A stretch of DNA of 63,380 bases, the filler included, from Collodictyon triciliatum (Eukaryota), in assembly GCA_043381765.1 (NCBI GenBank). It is 6 parts of 6 records of this genome, joined end to end, with 100 filler letters (N's around TTAATTAATTAA, not from the genome) between each part and the next. Parts side by side here need not be neighbours in the genome. Positions count along the whole stretch, not along the records: positions 1 to 20,733 come from JBHJMP010000348.1; positions 20,834 to 35,425 come from JBHJMP010000350.1; 4 more parts are not named here. One strand, 5' to 3'. Numbering within the stretch: the stretch's first letter is position 1; every line of letters starts with the position of its first letter. The notes under the pieces were generated by a model. It worked only from the letters and a program-made list of their open reading frames with translations, was not told the origin of the DNA and made no database searches. A program made the translations under genes and the position numbers. This document shows positions 16,335 to 28,999 of this stretch, piece by piece.

Positions 16335-18123
16335 CCAGGAAGGTAGTCTCTGAGAGGAAACAGGAGAAGGTTGACAGTTACTAAAGCTTTTGTGCAGAGT
16401 CCTTTTAAATGATTTCGTTCCGTCGCGTGAAGAGCAGTATCCAAGTTGGTGGGAAAGCGACTAAGACATAAACAATAATGATAAAAAAAGAAAAAAAAAA
16501 CGAAGAAAAAAACGCGTAACGAGATCGTTCGCAAAAAAAAAAAAAAAGAAGCTGCTTTGCCACAATGTGGCAGAGTTGTTGATCGCAGTCCTGATTATAC
16601 TAATAATTGACTGACTCATTGGCTTCATGGTCTCTGCATTTTGTACACTTGTGTTCAAGCAAGTATGCGTGTGTTGAGCAGAACTGTGGCTTCGCGTGTG
16701 AAACGAGCAGAAAGAAAAAGAACTACTCCCAAGCCCAAAATGCAACCAGAGTTCTGAGAGAAAACAAGTGGCGGATATTCGGGAATATGGCTCGTATTAT
16801 TATGCAAGAAAACAGAGGAAGGCCAAAAGAACGGGTCAATTAGATAATATACAATATCGTCATTGCGTTCGTCTTCGAATGACTCAACAACTCTGCTTCT
16901 CGCTTCTCCATCACCCAACTTTCGTCCACCCGATATTGAATGTGTGATTAATCGTGAATTTTTGTAATTTTATTTTTTTGTTTTGTTGTTTGGCTTGGTG
17001 GCAATTCGGGACATGAAGCGGAATCGAGTGATATGAAATTATGCCCATATGTGGCAGAAGCATGAATTTCTTTCTCTGATCGAGGGTCGGGTCACTCATA
17101 CCATATCATAATTATATTTTTGGATATTATAATATAATCTTATTATTTGCATAATTTAATGACATAAAACATATAATTCATCATAGATTATATCATCATA
17201 TTAAATGATATATATTACATACAATACAAAATGTAGGTCATCTCAGTACCAATTGTGGCTAGATTAACGCCCTTGCAAACGCATTTCACGGTGCGGTAAC
17301 CACAAAGCAAAGCCAGCGAATTAATCTTGACTCGGCACAATCTATTCAGCCAGAGACTTACTCGCTTCAANNNNNNNNNNNNNNNNNNNNNNNNNNNNNN
17401 NNNNNNNNNNNNNNNNNNNNNNNNNNNNNNNNNNNNNNNNNNNNNNNNNNNNNNNNNNNNNNNNNNNNNNNNNNNNNNNNNNNNNNNNNNNNNNNNNNNN
17501 NNNNNNNNNNNNNNNNNNNNNNNNNNNNNNNNNNNNNNNNNNNNNNNNNNNNNNNNNNNNNNNNNNNNNNNNNNNNNNNNNNNNNNNNNNNNNNNNNNNN
17601 NNNNNNNNNNNNNNNNNNNNNNNNNNNNNNNNNNNNNNNNNNNNNNNNNNNNNNNNNNNNNNNNNNNNNNNNNNNNNNNNNNNNNNNNNNNNNNNNNNNN
17701 NNNNNNNNNNNNNNNNNNNNNNNNNNNNNNNNNNNNNNNNNNNNNNNNNNNNNNNNNNNNNNNNNNNNNNNNNNNNNNNNNNNNNNNNNNNNNNNNNNNN
17801 NNNNNNNNNNNNNNNNNNNNNNNNNNNNNNNNNNNNNNNNNNNNNNNNNNNNNNNNNNNNNNNNNNNNNNNNNNNNNNNNNNNNNNNNNNNNNNNNNNNN
17901 NNNNNNNNNNNNNNNNNNNNNNNNNNNNNNNNNNNNNNNNNNNNNNNNNNNNNNNNNNNNNNNNNNNNNNNNNNNNNNNNNNNNNNNNNNNNNNNNNNNN
18001 NNNNNNNNNNNNNNNNNNNNNNNNNNNNNNNNNNNNNNNNNNNNNNNNNNNNNNNNNNNNNNNNNNNNNNNNNNNNNNNNNNNNNNNNNNNNNNNNNNNN
18101 ACTATGTATTTTTTTAATTGAAG

Positions 18124-19260
18124 CCAATTCACTCGATAAACGCAGCTTCCGTTGGTCACATTCAATGGAACTAAAATATCATTCAAGGAGGAAAACGGTA
18201 CCATTGTTGGTCATCTGAATGTAGACCCTGGCGATGGAGTAGTCAAAAGCTATGAAATCATCCCATCTGTCACATCTGAATACCAGACAATATACAACCT
18301 TTTCCCAAGCCCAAAGTCCACATTTCTAGTGCCAGGCAATCTCCTTATTCAAGATATGCATACTCGTCCCTATTTTCCCCTTTTTTTCTTTCCATTCTGC
18401 CTTTGTCCCTCACGCATTATCTACTGTGTTATTAGTCCTCAAATTTGGGGTTGAAACATTTACATCATGTTTCATCTACACATAATTACATAACTGTTTA
18501 TTTGTTTATTTGTGTATTTATTTATTAGGAAAGCCTTTTTCTGCCACCTATGAGGTTATTGAATCGCCTTCTGTGCCAAAAGTAAAAGATGCTCTAGAGG
18601 TCAGCGGACCGCCTCGACCTCGTGAAAACCTCGGACTGCATAATTTCCCCATCGGATATGGGACTAGTTTGGTTTTTAGATAAAAAAAATCCGCACGATT
18701 CTCTCCAACCTATCCATTTCTTACATTATTTACCAATCATTATAGTTCCTCACACCAAGTTAATAGTGAATTGATGAGGTTTTATTTCACATCCTTTTAG
18801 ACTTGCACCTACCCAAAACAGTTGATGATGCACCAAAGAAGAAATCAAAATCCAAAGTCGCGACGAAACAAATCGAAGCAAAAGCGTATGACGATATCTT
18901 CCAGCCCAAAAAAAACATCTCTTATCTTTATTCATGCTATCCAGATTTCAATAAGAATAAATAATCCGCCATATTGATATCCCTTCTTATTTTCGCCATA
19001 GTTTAGACACTATTTTATATCCAGTTTGTTGGAAACCTATAAAGAGCAAAAATTGATGGAACCAACTTGTTTTTAACATTATTAGCGTTGAAATAGCACA
19101 AAATCCCGCGACCAAAAAGAAGAAAGCCAAGAGGACCGATGCAGACACTACATCTCTGGCTTCGTCAGTCAAGGCAACGCCCGTCAAGATCGAGAATGAG
19201 GAGGCTTCGTTCGATGCTGGGCTGATCAAACAGAAAAAGAAAAGGAAAATCAACACCTGA
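18124..19260 (+). CDS. RNA polymerase I subunit RPA34/PAF49-like; 5' part lost in the gap
   Basis: SYEII...FPS...KPFSATYEVIESP...PRPRENLGLHNFPIGY followed by a Lys-rich tail, the typical RPA34.5 layout. Confidence 0.6.
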
Positions 19261-19878
19261 ATCATAAGAGGAGCCGCCATTTTTTTTCTTTCCGTTTATA
19301 CTGCTCACCACACTCCTTTGTTCCTTTTCACTTTTCTTATCAATAACTTTCAAACCCAGAAATAAGGTTTCATCATACTGCCCTCGTTAATAAACGATTT
19401 CTATGGAAATATATTTGATATATGTGTATATCAAAGGATTTTTTCCCCTTTATTCAATTCAAAGATATATCCCAAAGTATGATACGCTTCTACGCAAAAT
19501 CACACCTCAGTGATATGCTTTTCACTCCTAATGAAATTGTTTGTGTATCCATTGTCTTCTCTCATCAATATGAGTATGTGTATTTTTTTTTTTTTTTATT
19601 GCCGCAGGGTTTATTCAAAGCATATATGCCGAATATTTTTTGGCAATAAGGAATATCCATTGGAACAATAGTAATCGTGTTTATTGTTGCTTGGGAACAG
19701 TGCGAAGCCAAACAACCTTTCTTCTATCTTAGTCTGTCACCTCCCTGCAGAATTATAAGAGAAAATAGGAAAGAAATAAAAAAAAAAAAAGGAAAAGGAA
19801 AAGGGATTGTTATAAAAACATTCAAATTCACATAACCTGAGGTGGACATATAGATGAATTTGTAAATATAAATAGACA

Positions 19879-20614
19879 TTACAATAAAGACACATACTTT
19901 TTCACAGAATCATCAAGTGTCTCAGCCTTTGGTGGGGCGGATTCGCTCTCTTCGACAGTTTTCCCGGTTGGTGAGCTGGGAGACGAGGAGTGTGAATCGG
20001 TTCCTTCACTTTTCGTTCCTTTCCCTTTGTTCTTTGTCTTTTCCTTCAACTTTTGTCGCTTGGCCTTGCGCTTTGCCGCTTTCTCTGCAAGCTCCTTTTC
20101 CACGGCTTCGCGCTTCTTTTTAAACTCCTCATCTTTGATTTGCTACTTTGTGTCGTGAGAGTTGTGTTTACTATTCGACAGACTTGACCAGAACCAATAA
20201 AACAAGATAGGATTCCTCACCGAGGGTATATTGAATACGTTTATAAAAAGTAATGATACGAACAAAAAGAGACATACAGAGTAATGAGGGTCTTTCAGAG
20301 GACTGAAGAAAAGTCAATAAGAAGCAAGGATAGCCTGATTGTATAAAGCACCCCACCCGGAAAACAACTGTTATGTGTGAGGCAAAACCTGCTGGTGTTC
20401 CTGTTCCATTCGCTCAAGCCGGGTCAATTCCTTTCTTCTTCCCATGCGATAGATGTGAAACTCTCCGCTGCCCGCTCCTGCTGTACTTCCTGTACAATAA
20501 GCATATAAAAATAATGATAGGCATGCGATTGTTCCTCTCTATATGCATCAATCTCGAATACTCTGTCGTAATGTGAGCTGCAGTCCTCACTAGGGGCCTT
20601 CGTTTACTCGGCAT
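19879..20614 (-). CDS. PRKRIP1: PRKR-interacting protein 1 (DUF1168)
   Basis: GSTAGAGSGEFHIYRMGRRKELTRL...AEKAAKRKAKRQKLK. Confidence 0.88.
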
Positions 20615-20633
20615 CTTACCCGGTACACAAATT

Positions 20634-20733
<100 letters not shown>

Positions 20734-20833
20734 NNNNNNNNNNNNNNNNNNNNNNNNNNNNNNNNNNNNNNNNNNNNTTAATTAATTAANNNNNNNNNNN
20801 NNNNNNNNNNNNNNNNNNNNNNNNNNNNNNNNN
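20734..20833. other. assembly linker N-TTAATTAATTAA-N (also 35426-35525, 41060-41159, 51666-51765, 57207-57306)
   Basis: Identical 100-nt spacer carrying stops in all six frames, found five times. Confidence 0.95.
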
Positions 20834-22600
20834 GATCAATTTCATATTAGCAACCGACAATACAAAGTGCTCGGCGTCGAGGCATCGGAGAAGTTGCATG
20901 CACAATTCAGAAACAAGTTTTATTTGTGCGCAGGACATAAAATTTCAAGCATGAATGAAACGCGCATTACTTCGGACGATGAGGTAACAAGGCTATCAAA
21001 AAAATAAGTATGATGGCATCGCATCGGCAAGGCCGACGAGTCTAAGACATGCTTTAGTACACGCCATGTAAGGTCAAGAAAAGCAACCAATGTGATAATC
21101 TGTTCAACGAGGGTGTACTTGAGAAACTGTTTGCAGAAGGATTGCGAGGCTTTGAGTCTATCAATCTAGCTCAGGCTTTTTCTGGATGCTGCCTTTGTTG
21201 GTAATGAAGTTGAAATGGCTCGGAATTGATTGCTTTAATACATTCCTTTCAAATATCTGAGTTGATTCTTGGCAGCAATACGAATGCACACATGCATTTA
21301 ATGCAGTATACGGCTTATATAACTCAAAACCATGAAAAAAATATGAGCAGATGATGATTCTGACGAAAAAAGAGCGGATATACAGACAGGACACACTTTC
21401 TCAATACCTTTTTGAATTTAAGACGATGGGCAACCAGTACTAAAATACACCCTTGAATGTCACGGAAACTCTTTTGATAGAATTGCTTTGTTTCAATATA
21501 TATTTTTGTGCTTAAAGAAGCGGACTGCATAATATTTTTAAGATGAATGCCGCCGTGAAGCACTCTTTTACCTAGAGTGGACAAATATTAGGAAATGAAA
21601 AAGGGCGCTTTCAAAAAGAAATGATTTGTCAATCAATTTATATGCGCAAACAAGAATATGGGCATGGGATTCGACAAAAAATATACGCATCGCTTCTGCA
21701 TCTGAATGCAAGTAACACATCACCATATCGCAATAGAACCTATTAGAAGGCGGAAAAAAACAAACATGGGTTCAACTATCCGTTTATGTTGGTTTTGTCA
21801 AACTTTTACAAGCGTAATTCGAATTTTGACGAACTGTACAAGAATTGGTTGTTGAAGAATCGCCCAGTTGTCCATTAGTACTATCCAATCATTATATGAG
21901 CATTTGTTTGTTGATTTAAATGCTTTTGAGAGAAAGAAGAGTATGGAAACATTCAAGGGGAGAACCATGTATATCGATGGAATTCTGTCGATGTAAAATT
22001 GCAAATGGCCACACCACAGTTCCATTCTACCAATACTCAAATAAAGTCTGATTTGCTCAAATATTTATAATGCAGTTTTAACCAAAGGTATGAGACCATT
22101 ATAAAACAAGTCTGCAAGTGCTCACAGGCATTTGCTTAAAATAAGAAAACAATATTACCTTAATCATCATTAAAGCTAAAGTTTTGAACACACTGGTATA
22201 GGAAAACAGCTGAAATATGCTGACACCCCTTTGAGGAACATTTCAGATTTTGTAGAGCGAAGCAAATAACAACGAAACGAATAAATGAACAACATTTCAT
22301 TGTTTTTTTGGGTAAATTTGTACCACTTTTTGCCTTCATAAACTATTCTTCTATGTTCGATACACTTCCCTTTTCTGCTATCGTTTGATGTAAGACTTGT
22401 GCAAACTTTCCTTGTGCTTGTCTGATTTCATGAGAGCGTCTACGATTTTAGGCCCCTTTTTTTTGTGAGAGCGTCCACGATATTCATTATGGGCACACTG
22501 AAATACTTCAGCGAGGCAATTTTAATCTCTAACTGCTTTGGATTCATTCAATATTGAATTCAGATAAAAAATAAAAAAAAATGTCTATAGAGGTATCATG
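20834..22600. pseudogene. decayed, intron-less coding-like DNA, probably part of a mobile or viral relic
   Basis: Long stretches with few stops, no splice structure and no microsatellites, next to the integrase relic; no family recognised. Confidence 0.3.
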
Positions 22601-22820
22601 AAAGCCAGAGTAAAAAATAAATTCAATATTTTAGATAGCTTGTCGATTCCGAAAAATATCAAAGAGATTACCCAAGGGTTTTGGATAAAATGGTCAGTTT
22701 GCTTTCAAGTATATATTATTGTATAATTTCTCATCACATTGGAATAATGTTAGAAAATATTATCATCGCAATGGGAATTTCGAGGAGTTATTGATATATT
22801 GTTTATGTGTCCAACCAACC

Positions 22821-22846
22821 TCTTTGAATCGAATAAAGGAAAAAAA
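22821..22846 (+). mobile_element. micro-retroelement copy D with perfect 16-bp TSD
   Basis: ATGTGTCCAACCAACC [TCTTTGAATCGAATAAAGGA7] ATGTGTCCAACCAACC. Confidence 0.85.
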
Positions 22847-23199
22847 ATGTGTCCAACCAACCGAACAAAGTCATGATAAATGTTACAAAGTCCCTGTAAA
22901 AATCATTAAATTGTGGGCTGTGACAAACGATAAAAGATGCAGCGTTACCATGGACATAAAATAATTGTTTATCAAGTCCAAGTTTGATATGAAAGAATAC
23001 AGATATGGTTTCAACAAGTGACAAAAGCGTCACCTGCAGAAGCCAACAAGAAATAGTGCAAGATTTATAAGAAAAATTACTCAATAAATGAGAGACTAAA
23101 TAAATTAGCATAGTAATGTTACAAATAATGTTGATGAGGCCGATTCAAAGCTGAGGAGACTGATAGCCCAGAGAAAATGAAACGTGGAAGACCCAAGAA

Positions 23200-24652
23200 T
23201 TATTTCAATCCCATTTTTAAACTTAAAATCTCTATTGGAGCCCTCTCGGCTCCTATATTTCATCTGATGACCGTATTTTTGATAGGTTCATCAATTTCGT
23301 CTCATAACTCAAACCCTTCTATGAGTCGCTATCTGGGCTTGTGTATTTTGATAAGTGTGATAGTATTTTCAATCAATAGCAATTCGAAGCCCATGAACTT
23401 TTTCTTTGGATTATATTCGTTATCACATTTTTTTGAAATAAATAGCACCATTTTGTTTTGTGGGTTTATACTCTTTCAGTCCCGTATAAATTTACCAACT
23501 CCAACAGGCAAACAGCTTATTTTGCACTTCATTAATCTAATCAGATTAAATATTCGTTTTTCCGATAAAATTTGTAATTAATCGGGCGCTGAAAAGTTTC
23601 ATCAGTTCTAGCGTCTTTTTCTTACACACATATTATATTTCTTGATTCTCTTGAGATTGATTTAGGCACTTTGGAAGTATCGCTACCTCGGGTACAACTC
23701 TTTTAGTTTTGTCTTTGCCAATGTTGGTGCTATCTACAAACTCCTACAAGCTTGGATGAACATTCCTCATTCTTTTGTAGGTATCCATATAATGCGCGTC
23801 TTAGGATTTCGTTCCCTCCTTTTACAAAAGTGTTAGTTATGGATTTTTTCGGCTGTGACGTCACTGATTTGATATTGTTGGTCATTAAGAGTTTTATGCA
23901 CTTTTGCCTTGAAACTCTTTGCTGTTGTCTGATTGATTTACGGTGATTCCTTTTTCATATTGGATGAATTTCTACAAAGCTCTGTATATCTGTTCTCTGA
24001 GATTTGGCTCGAGTGGGTGAACTATTATTTTTATTGTTTTTAGGCAACTACACATGTCAAAATAAACTTTGTATCCTTAAGGTCTAGCTTCTCTAAATCG
24101 ATAGTATTGGTCTGAACATAGCTTGTTTTGTATTTTGTTAAAGTGGTAGGCAGGTGTTCTTTTTTTCTTGCTTTCTTGATTTCAGTGTCTAGTTTTCTGG
24201 TTTTTGGTGCACAATATTTTTTCTTTTATTGTAATATCTCGAACTCTTTTACTTACACGTGGACTCTGGATATTATTCGTGTGTTTAGAGGCAAAGTTAA
24301 ATTCCTTAATAATTTTTTTGCTTGAAGTGCTCACAGGTTATATTGATTGATTCAGAACGTAAAAATCATCTTCATTTATAAATATTCACTTGCAAAGTGA
24401 GTCATTTGATATCTGATTGTTAATTTTCCACCTTATATACTCTCATATTTTTTTTATTTTTTATTTGAATATAAAGGAGCGCATATCATCTGTATAAATA
24501 TAGTCTCTGAGAATAATGGACTTGGTGTAGTATTTCAAATCCTTCCTCTGGAATTTATTTAATTTGCAACCTGTAGTTTTACTAAGCTTTTCAATTTTTA
24601 CTTGAGTACATCTGGAATCCGGAATGATATAGCGATTGGGGAATGATTTCAT
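23200..24652 (-). mobile_element. pseudogenised retroviral-type (rve/DDE) integrase; Polinton, Ginger or virophage-like
   Basis: Across frameshifts: YVQTNTIDL...KFILTCV...HPL...EQIYRAL...NQSDNSKEFQGK...NNIKSVTSQP...TNTFVKGGNEILRRAL, matching the order of rve motifs (Q.D..D; YILT..D; QSDNG.EF; S.P....NG.VE..N..L). Confidence 0.7.
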
Positions 24653-25210
24653 AAAACATATACAATTGAAGGAATCAGGTCACTGTGATGTAATACTAAA
24701 AAAAAAAAATACTTTTTTGAGGCAAAGATTGCCAGGTTCAGTAAGCGCCATCCTTTCCTTTAAATTACTGGTGAATATGGGAAACATTTAATATCATATT
24801 GAACCTCATTTCTGATGATGCTACTCGATTAACCCTCGGATACGCTGATGTAACTTGCCAGCGCTACCTCCGAACATACGATGCAAATGTGAAATAAAAC
24901 GATATAATTCATGTCATAATGGTTTTCTATTTGCGGAATTTAAAATTATTTAGTCACTTTAGGCTAAATCTGATGAATAGCAACATTCAGTCCTTCTTAT
25001 TATATACCTGATAAATTACATAAGCGTTGGAATGTCCTATATAATGCCCTGCACTGTTGCGTGTCCTTCATCTGCGGATTTCACAAGACAACAACACAAA
25101 CACACCACCCAACAAACGTCTTGCTTTCTTCACGGGTTTGCAGAGTTTTGGTACTGTGCCGCCGCTTCCACAGCCTAATCCCTGCAACTAGAAGACGCCT
25201 GTTGCCAAGT

Positions 25211-26579
25211 ATGGCCTCGGAATCTGCCCCAACCTTTGTGAGCAACCCTCTTGTCTGGGTTGACCTGGAAATGACGGGTCTTGATCTGGAGAGGAATCAG
25301 ATCATTGAAGGCGCGGTCATCATAACAGACGGGGATCTCAACATCGTCGCTGAGGTGATTGGATTTCTGTTCTATGATTTGTTGATCAACATCCTTTTTT
25401 TTTCATTTTCATTATCATTATCATTATCATTATCATTTTCATTATCATTTTCATTATCATTTTCATTATCATTTTCATTATTATTATCATTTTCATTATC
25501 ATTTTCATTATCATTTTCATTATCATTATCATTTTTTTCCAGTTTTTCGGTTTTTTTTTCCATTCAGATAATACTTCCGAAACAAAAAAAAAAACAAAGA
25601 AAAAACTGGACTTGTACTACCGCAGAATCCATGAATACGACATCTTTGTTAACTCATTCATATTCATGGTTTTTCATTTAGGGACCGAATCTTGTAATGC
25701 ACGCCCCCGATGAAATCTTGGATGGGATGGGCGAATGGTGCAAGAAGCATCACGGAGAAAGTGGTTTGACAGAAAGAGCCCACACAAGGTGATTTATAAC
25801 TGCTTTCAATAAGCCAATTATTTCGTATATGTAAATGTCAATAACAACCCTTATATACATTTATAATTTTATATATGTTTTCAAAACACATCCGGAATAC
25901 AGTACTGTTTCTCTGAAGGATGCAGACACGCAATTCGCAGAGTTTGTGCAAAAGCATGTACGCAATGGAAAAGGAATCCTGGCCGGAAACTCAGTCTTTT
26001 TAGACAAAAAGTTTCTTGAAAAAGACATGCCTACCTTTCTCTCTCATCTCCACTACCGCATCGTGGATGTCAGGTGAAACTTTTCTACAATGAACAATAT
26101 AGAAGCAGAAATTTTCACATACATTTTCTTTGATGCTGCTGCTCTCCAGATGAATGCATGATTTGGCTTCAGAAAGTAGCGATGCTTTCTCATTCAGTTC
26201 TATATCCTTGCTCTCCAATCCAATCATGACTAGCACCATCAAGGAGCCTTGCCGACGTTGGTACCCAAAAGAGTTCTCATCCGCCCCTCAAAAGAAAAAC
26301 ACTCATCGGTGATCATTTTTATAATATATACTTTTAAAAAAAAAACCCTGTTAACTCATCATTTCTGTTTCTTTATTCATAACATGATTGATTCCATCGA
26401 CTCACCCATCCTTACCAATTTTGAATGACATACGCGTGTGATGTTTGGTTGTATGATGAATTGCATTATCACCCGAACATTGGCATTTTATCCTTAGTGC
26501 CCTCGATGATATCAAAGAGAGCATTGAGGAACTCCGTTACCATCGCCAAAACATCTTTTTCGTGGGTTCAGCACCCTAA
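25211..26579 (+). CDS. REXO2: oligoribonuclease (Orn/REXO2), 5 exons
   Basis: [58 protein letters not shown]. Confidence 0.95.
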
Positions 26580-26819
26580 CTGACATCATAGTAACCGAAT
26601 ATATATATAATTTTCAGTTAAAGCATGATATCAATTTCTTTTGCTATCTTTGAATCCAGATCAACTCAACCAGCCTTGCCAGCTTTCACACAGGCCAATC
26701 AATCGACTCCTCCTCAAGCTATCCACGCCTGAAAACTTTCCCTTAAATAATAGTTCTCGTGGCTACCTACACGCAGATTAGCAAACTACCTAACCAGCGA
26801 CAGAAAACATGGTGAGGAC

Positions 26820-27215
26820 TTTTTTCTTTTTTTCTTTCTTTTCTTTTTCTTTCTTTTCTTTTTCTTTCTTTTCTTTTTCTTTCTTTTCTTTTTCTTTCTT
26901 TTCTTTTTCTTTCTTTTCTTTTTCTTTCTTTNNNNNNNNNNNNNNNNNNNNNNNNNNNNNNNNNNNNNNNNNNNNNNNNNNNNNNNNNNNNNNNNNNNNN
27001 NNNNNNNNNNNNNNNNNNNNNNNNNNNNNNNTTTTGCTTTCTTTTGTTTTGTTTTGTTTTGTTTTGTTTTGTTTTGTTTTGTTTTGTTTTGTTTTGTTTT
27101 GTTTTGTTTTGTTTTGTTTTGTTTTGTTTTGTTTTACTTTGTTTTGTTTTACTTTGTTTTGTTTTACTTTGTTTTGTTTTGCTTTGCTTTGCTTTGCTTT
27201 GTTTTGCTTTGCTTG
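26820..27215. repeat. compound T-rich microsatellite (TTTTTCTTTCTTTTC)n / (TTTTG)n spanning a gap
   Basis: Direct reading. Confidence 0.9.
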
Positions 27216-27335
27216 TAGATCTTCCATAAATTAAAATACAACCTCTTTCGCTGAATATCCCCAGCATGATTCAATCTGCTTCTTTATGTTGAAGATATAA
27301 ATGGTGTGCCTATCACTACGATTGTGTAACTCATA

Positions 27336-27380
<45 letters not shown>

Positions 27381-27393
27381 TGATTGAGTAGAA

Positions 27394-28704
27394 ATGGATT
27401 TTGAAGACCCGACGGCTCCACTTAAGGCTCCCATCGGCGATGTCAAGTTTTGGCAATTGGCATACTACCAACTTTTTTTCGACGTTGATACAAGCGATGT
27501 GCTTTGGCGAATCGCTCGTTCCTTTGTCCCATATTCGGATCAGTTCTATCGCAGTATTGAGAGAAACCCAGACCTGTACACATTTTTAATTTTATTTTAA
27601 AAATACTTGAAACCCTCGTTTCTTTGTATCCAATTCATCCGATGATATCAATTGAATCCATTTGGATTTTTTCAATAGATATTCCAAGAAATCATCCTAT
27701 TATATAAATGATTTCTTTATATATTTGCGTTCATAGATACGGCCCATTTTGGATTAGCACAACACTGGTGTTCGCCATCGGTATTGCTGGTAACTTTGCC
27801 AGCTATTTGCGTTGGTATTTGGATGACTCTGGCTCTTCAGGAAACTATGATGAATGGGCTGTAAGAATTTATTCAATCACGAAGAATTAATACAATATTT
27901 TTTTGTTTTCCCTGTTATCTGTTGGATTGTTGGGAGTTGAATCGTGCGGCACCAGATTGACATATTCCCTGTGACATTTCCTCGTAATCGTCTCCTTCCA
28001 ATCATTCTGTAGTACGACCTGGGGAAAATCACATTAGGGGCCACCATTGTTTACCTATATGTTACGCTTGTCCCGCTGGCGCTCTATTGGGCTCTTATGT
28101 ATAACGATGGCCCCATGAAGCTGACGCATGTTGTTTGCATATACGGATATTCCCTCTTTGTTTACATTCCGACGGCTGTGAGTACTTTTGATTACAAGCA
28201 TATTTATTTATTTATATTGTTTACATTGATTGGTTGAATGATTAAAAATACCCATCACGAAGCATAAAAACTAAAATTCTTCATATCTCTATGGCTTGCT
28301 TGGGCTTTACTCTTTTAATTATGAAGGGCAAATACTCATTTTTTTTCCTCGTATTTTAATGCATCCCCTTTATGAACACATGAATAGTTCATCACTGCAA
28401 TCCCTAATGATCTGGTCCAAATCATGGCCATTCTGGTTGCATTTGTTACATCGGTAAGTCTCCAAATATGAATTCGCCTTTGCGCACGTGTCAAAAGTGT
28501 GTGGTAGTCTTTTCATTTTTTGAACATATCAATCAATCAATCAATGATAATTTGGCGCCATAATACCAATAGACCGGATTCCTCCTGTCAAACTTCTGGC
28601 ACACCATCACAAACTATCTCCCACATTACCGATGGGTCACAATCGGCGCAGTTTTTTCCTTGCACGCGATTCTGGCGCTTGTGATGAAGCTTGTGTTCTT
28701 TTAA
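27394..28704 (+). CDS. YIPF1: Yip1-domain protein (YIPF1/2 type)
   Basis: YYQLFFDVDTSDV, NPDLYGPFWISTTLVF, CIYGYSLFVYIP, HAILALVMKLVFF*. Confidence 0.9.
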
Positions 28705-28999
28705 GAGCGCTTTTGCAAGAATCACATGCGAATCGAAAGGGTCACTCTCTAATCCATGCACATCAAACTCTGTTCGTCATTCATGCTCTCTATTACTTTT
28801 GTGCGATTTTCGCTCCAGTTTTCAATAAATGCGAATGAAAGATTGAAAAGGATATTCGATTTGCAAATGCTGCTATAATTTGTTGGCTCATTTGAGTGTT
28901 GTAGTCTTGTTGATATCATTACCATTGCTGGTGAGAAAATAGCTTCTCTCTTCTTTTTTTTTTTTTATGACTTATTCATGAACAATCGGAATAGCAAAA

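Noticed and set aside
17215-18204. Long ORFs containing X runs, and other ORFs made of microsatellite (FLSF, KERK, poly-I, poly-N)
   Set aside because: Artefacts of N gaps and simple repeats.
20778-20789. TTAATTAATTAA palindrome repeated five times
   Set aside because: Artificial contig spacer, always embedded in Ns.
23200-23580. TGA=Trp alternative genetic code in a minus-strand frame
   Set aside because: TAG, TAA and frameshifts also interrupt the region, and host genes use TGA as stop; decay explains it better.
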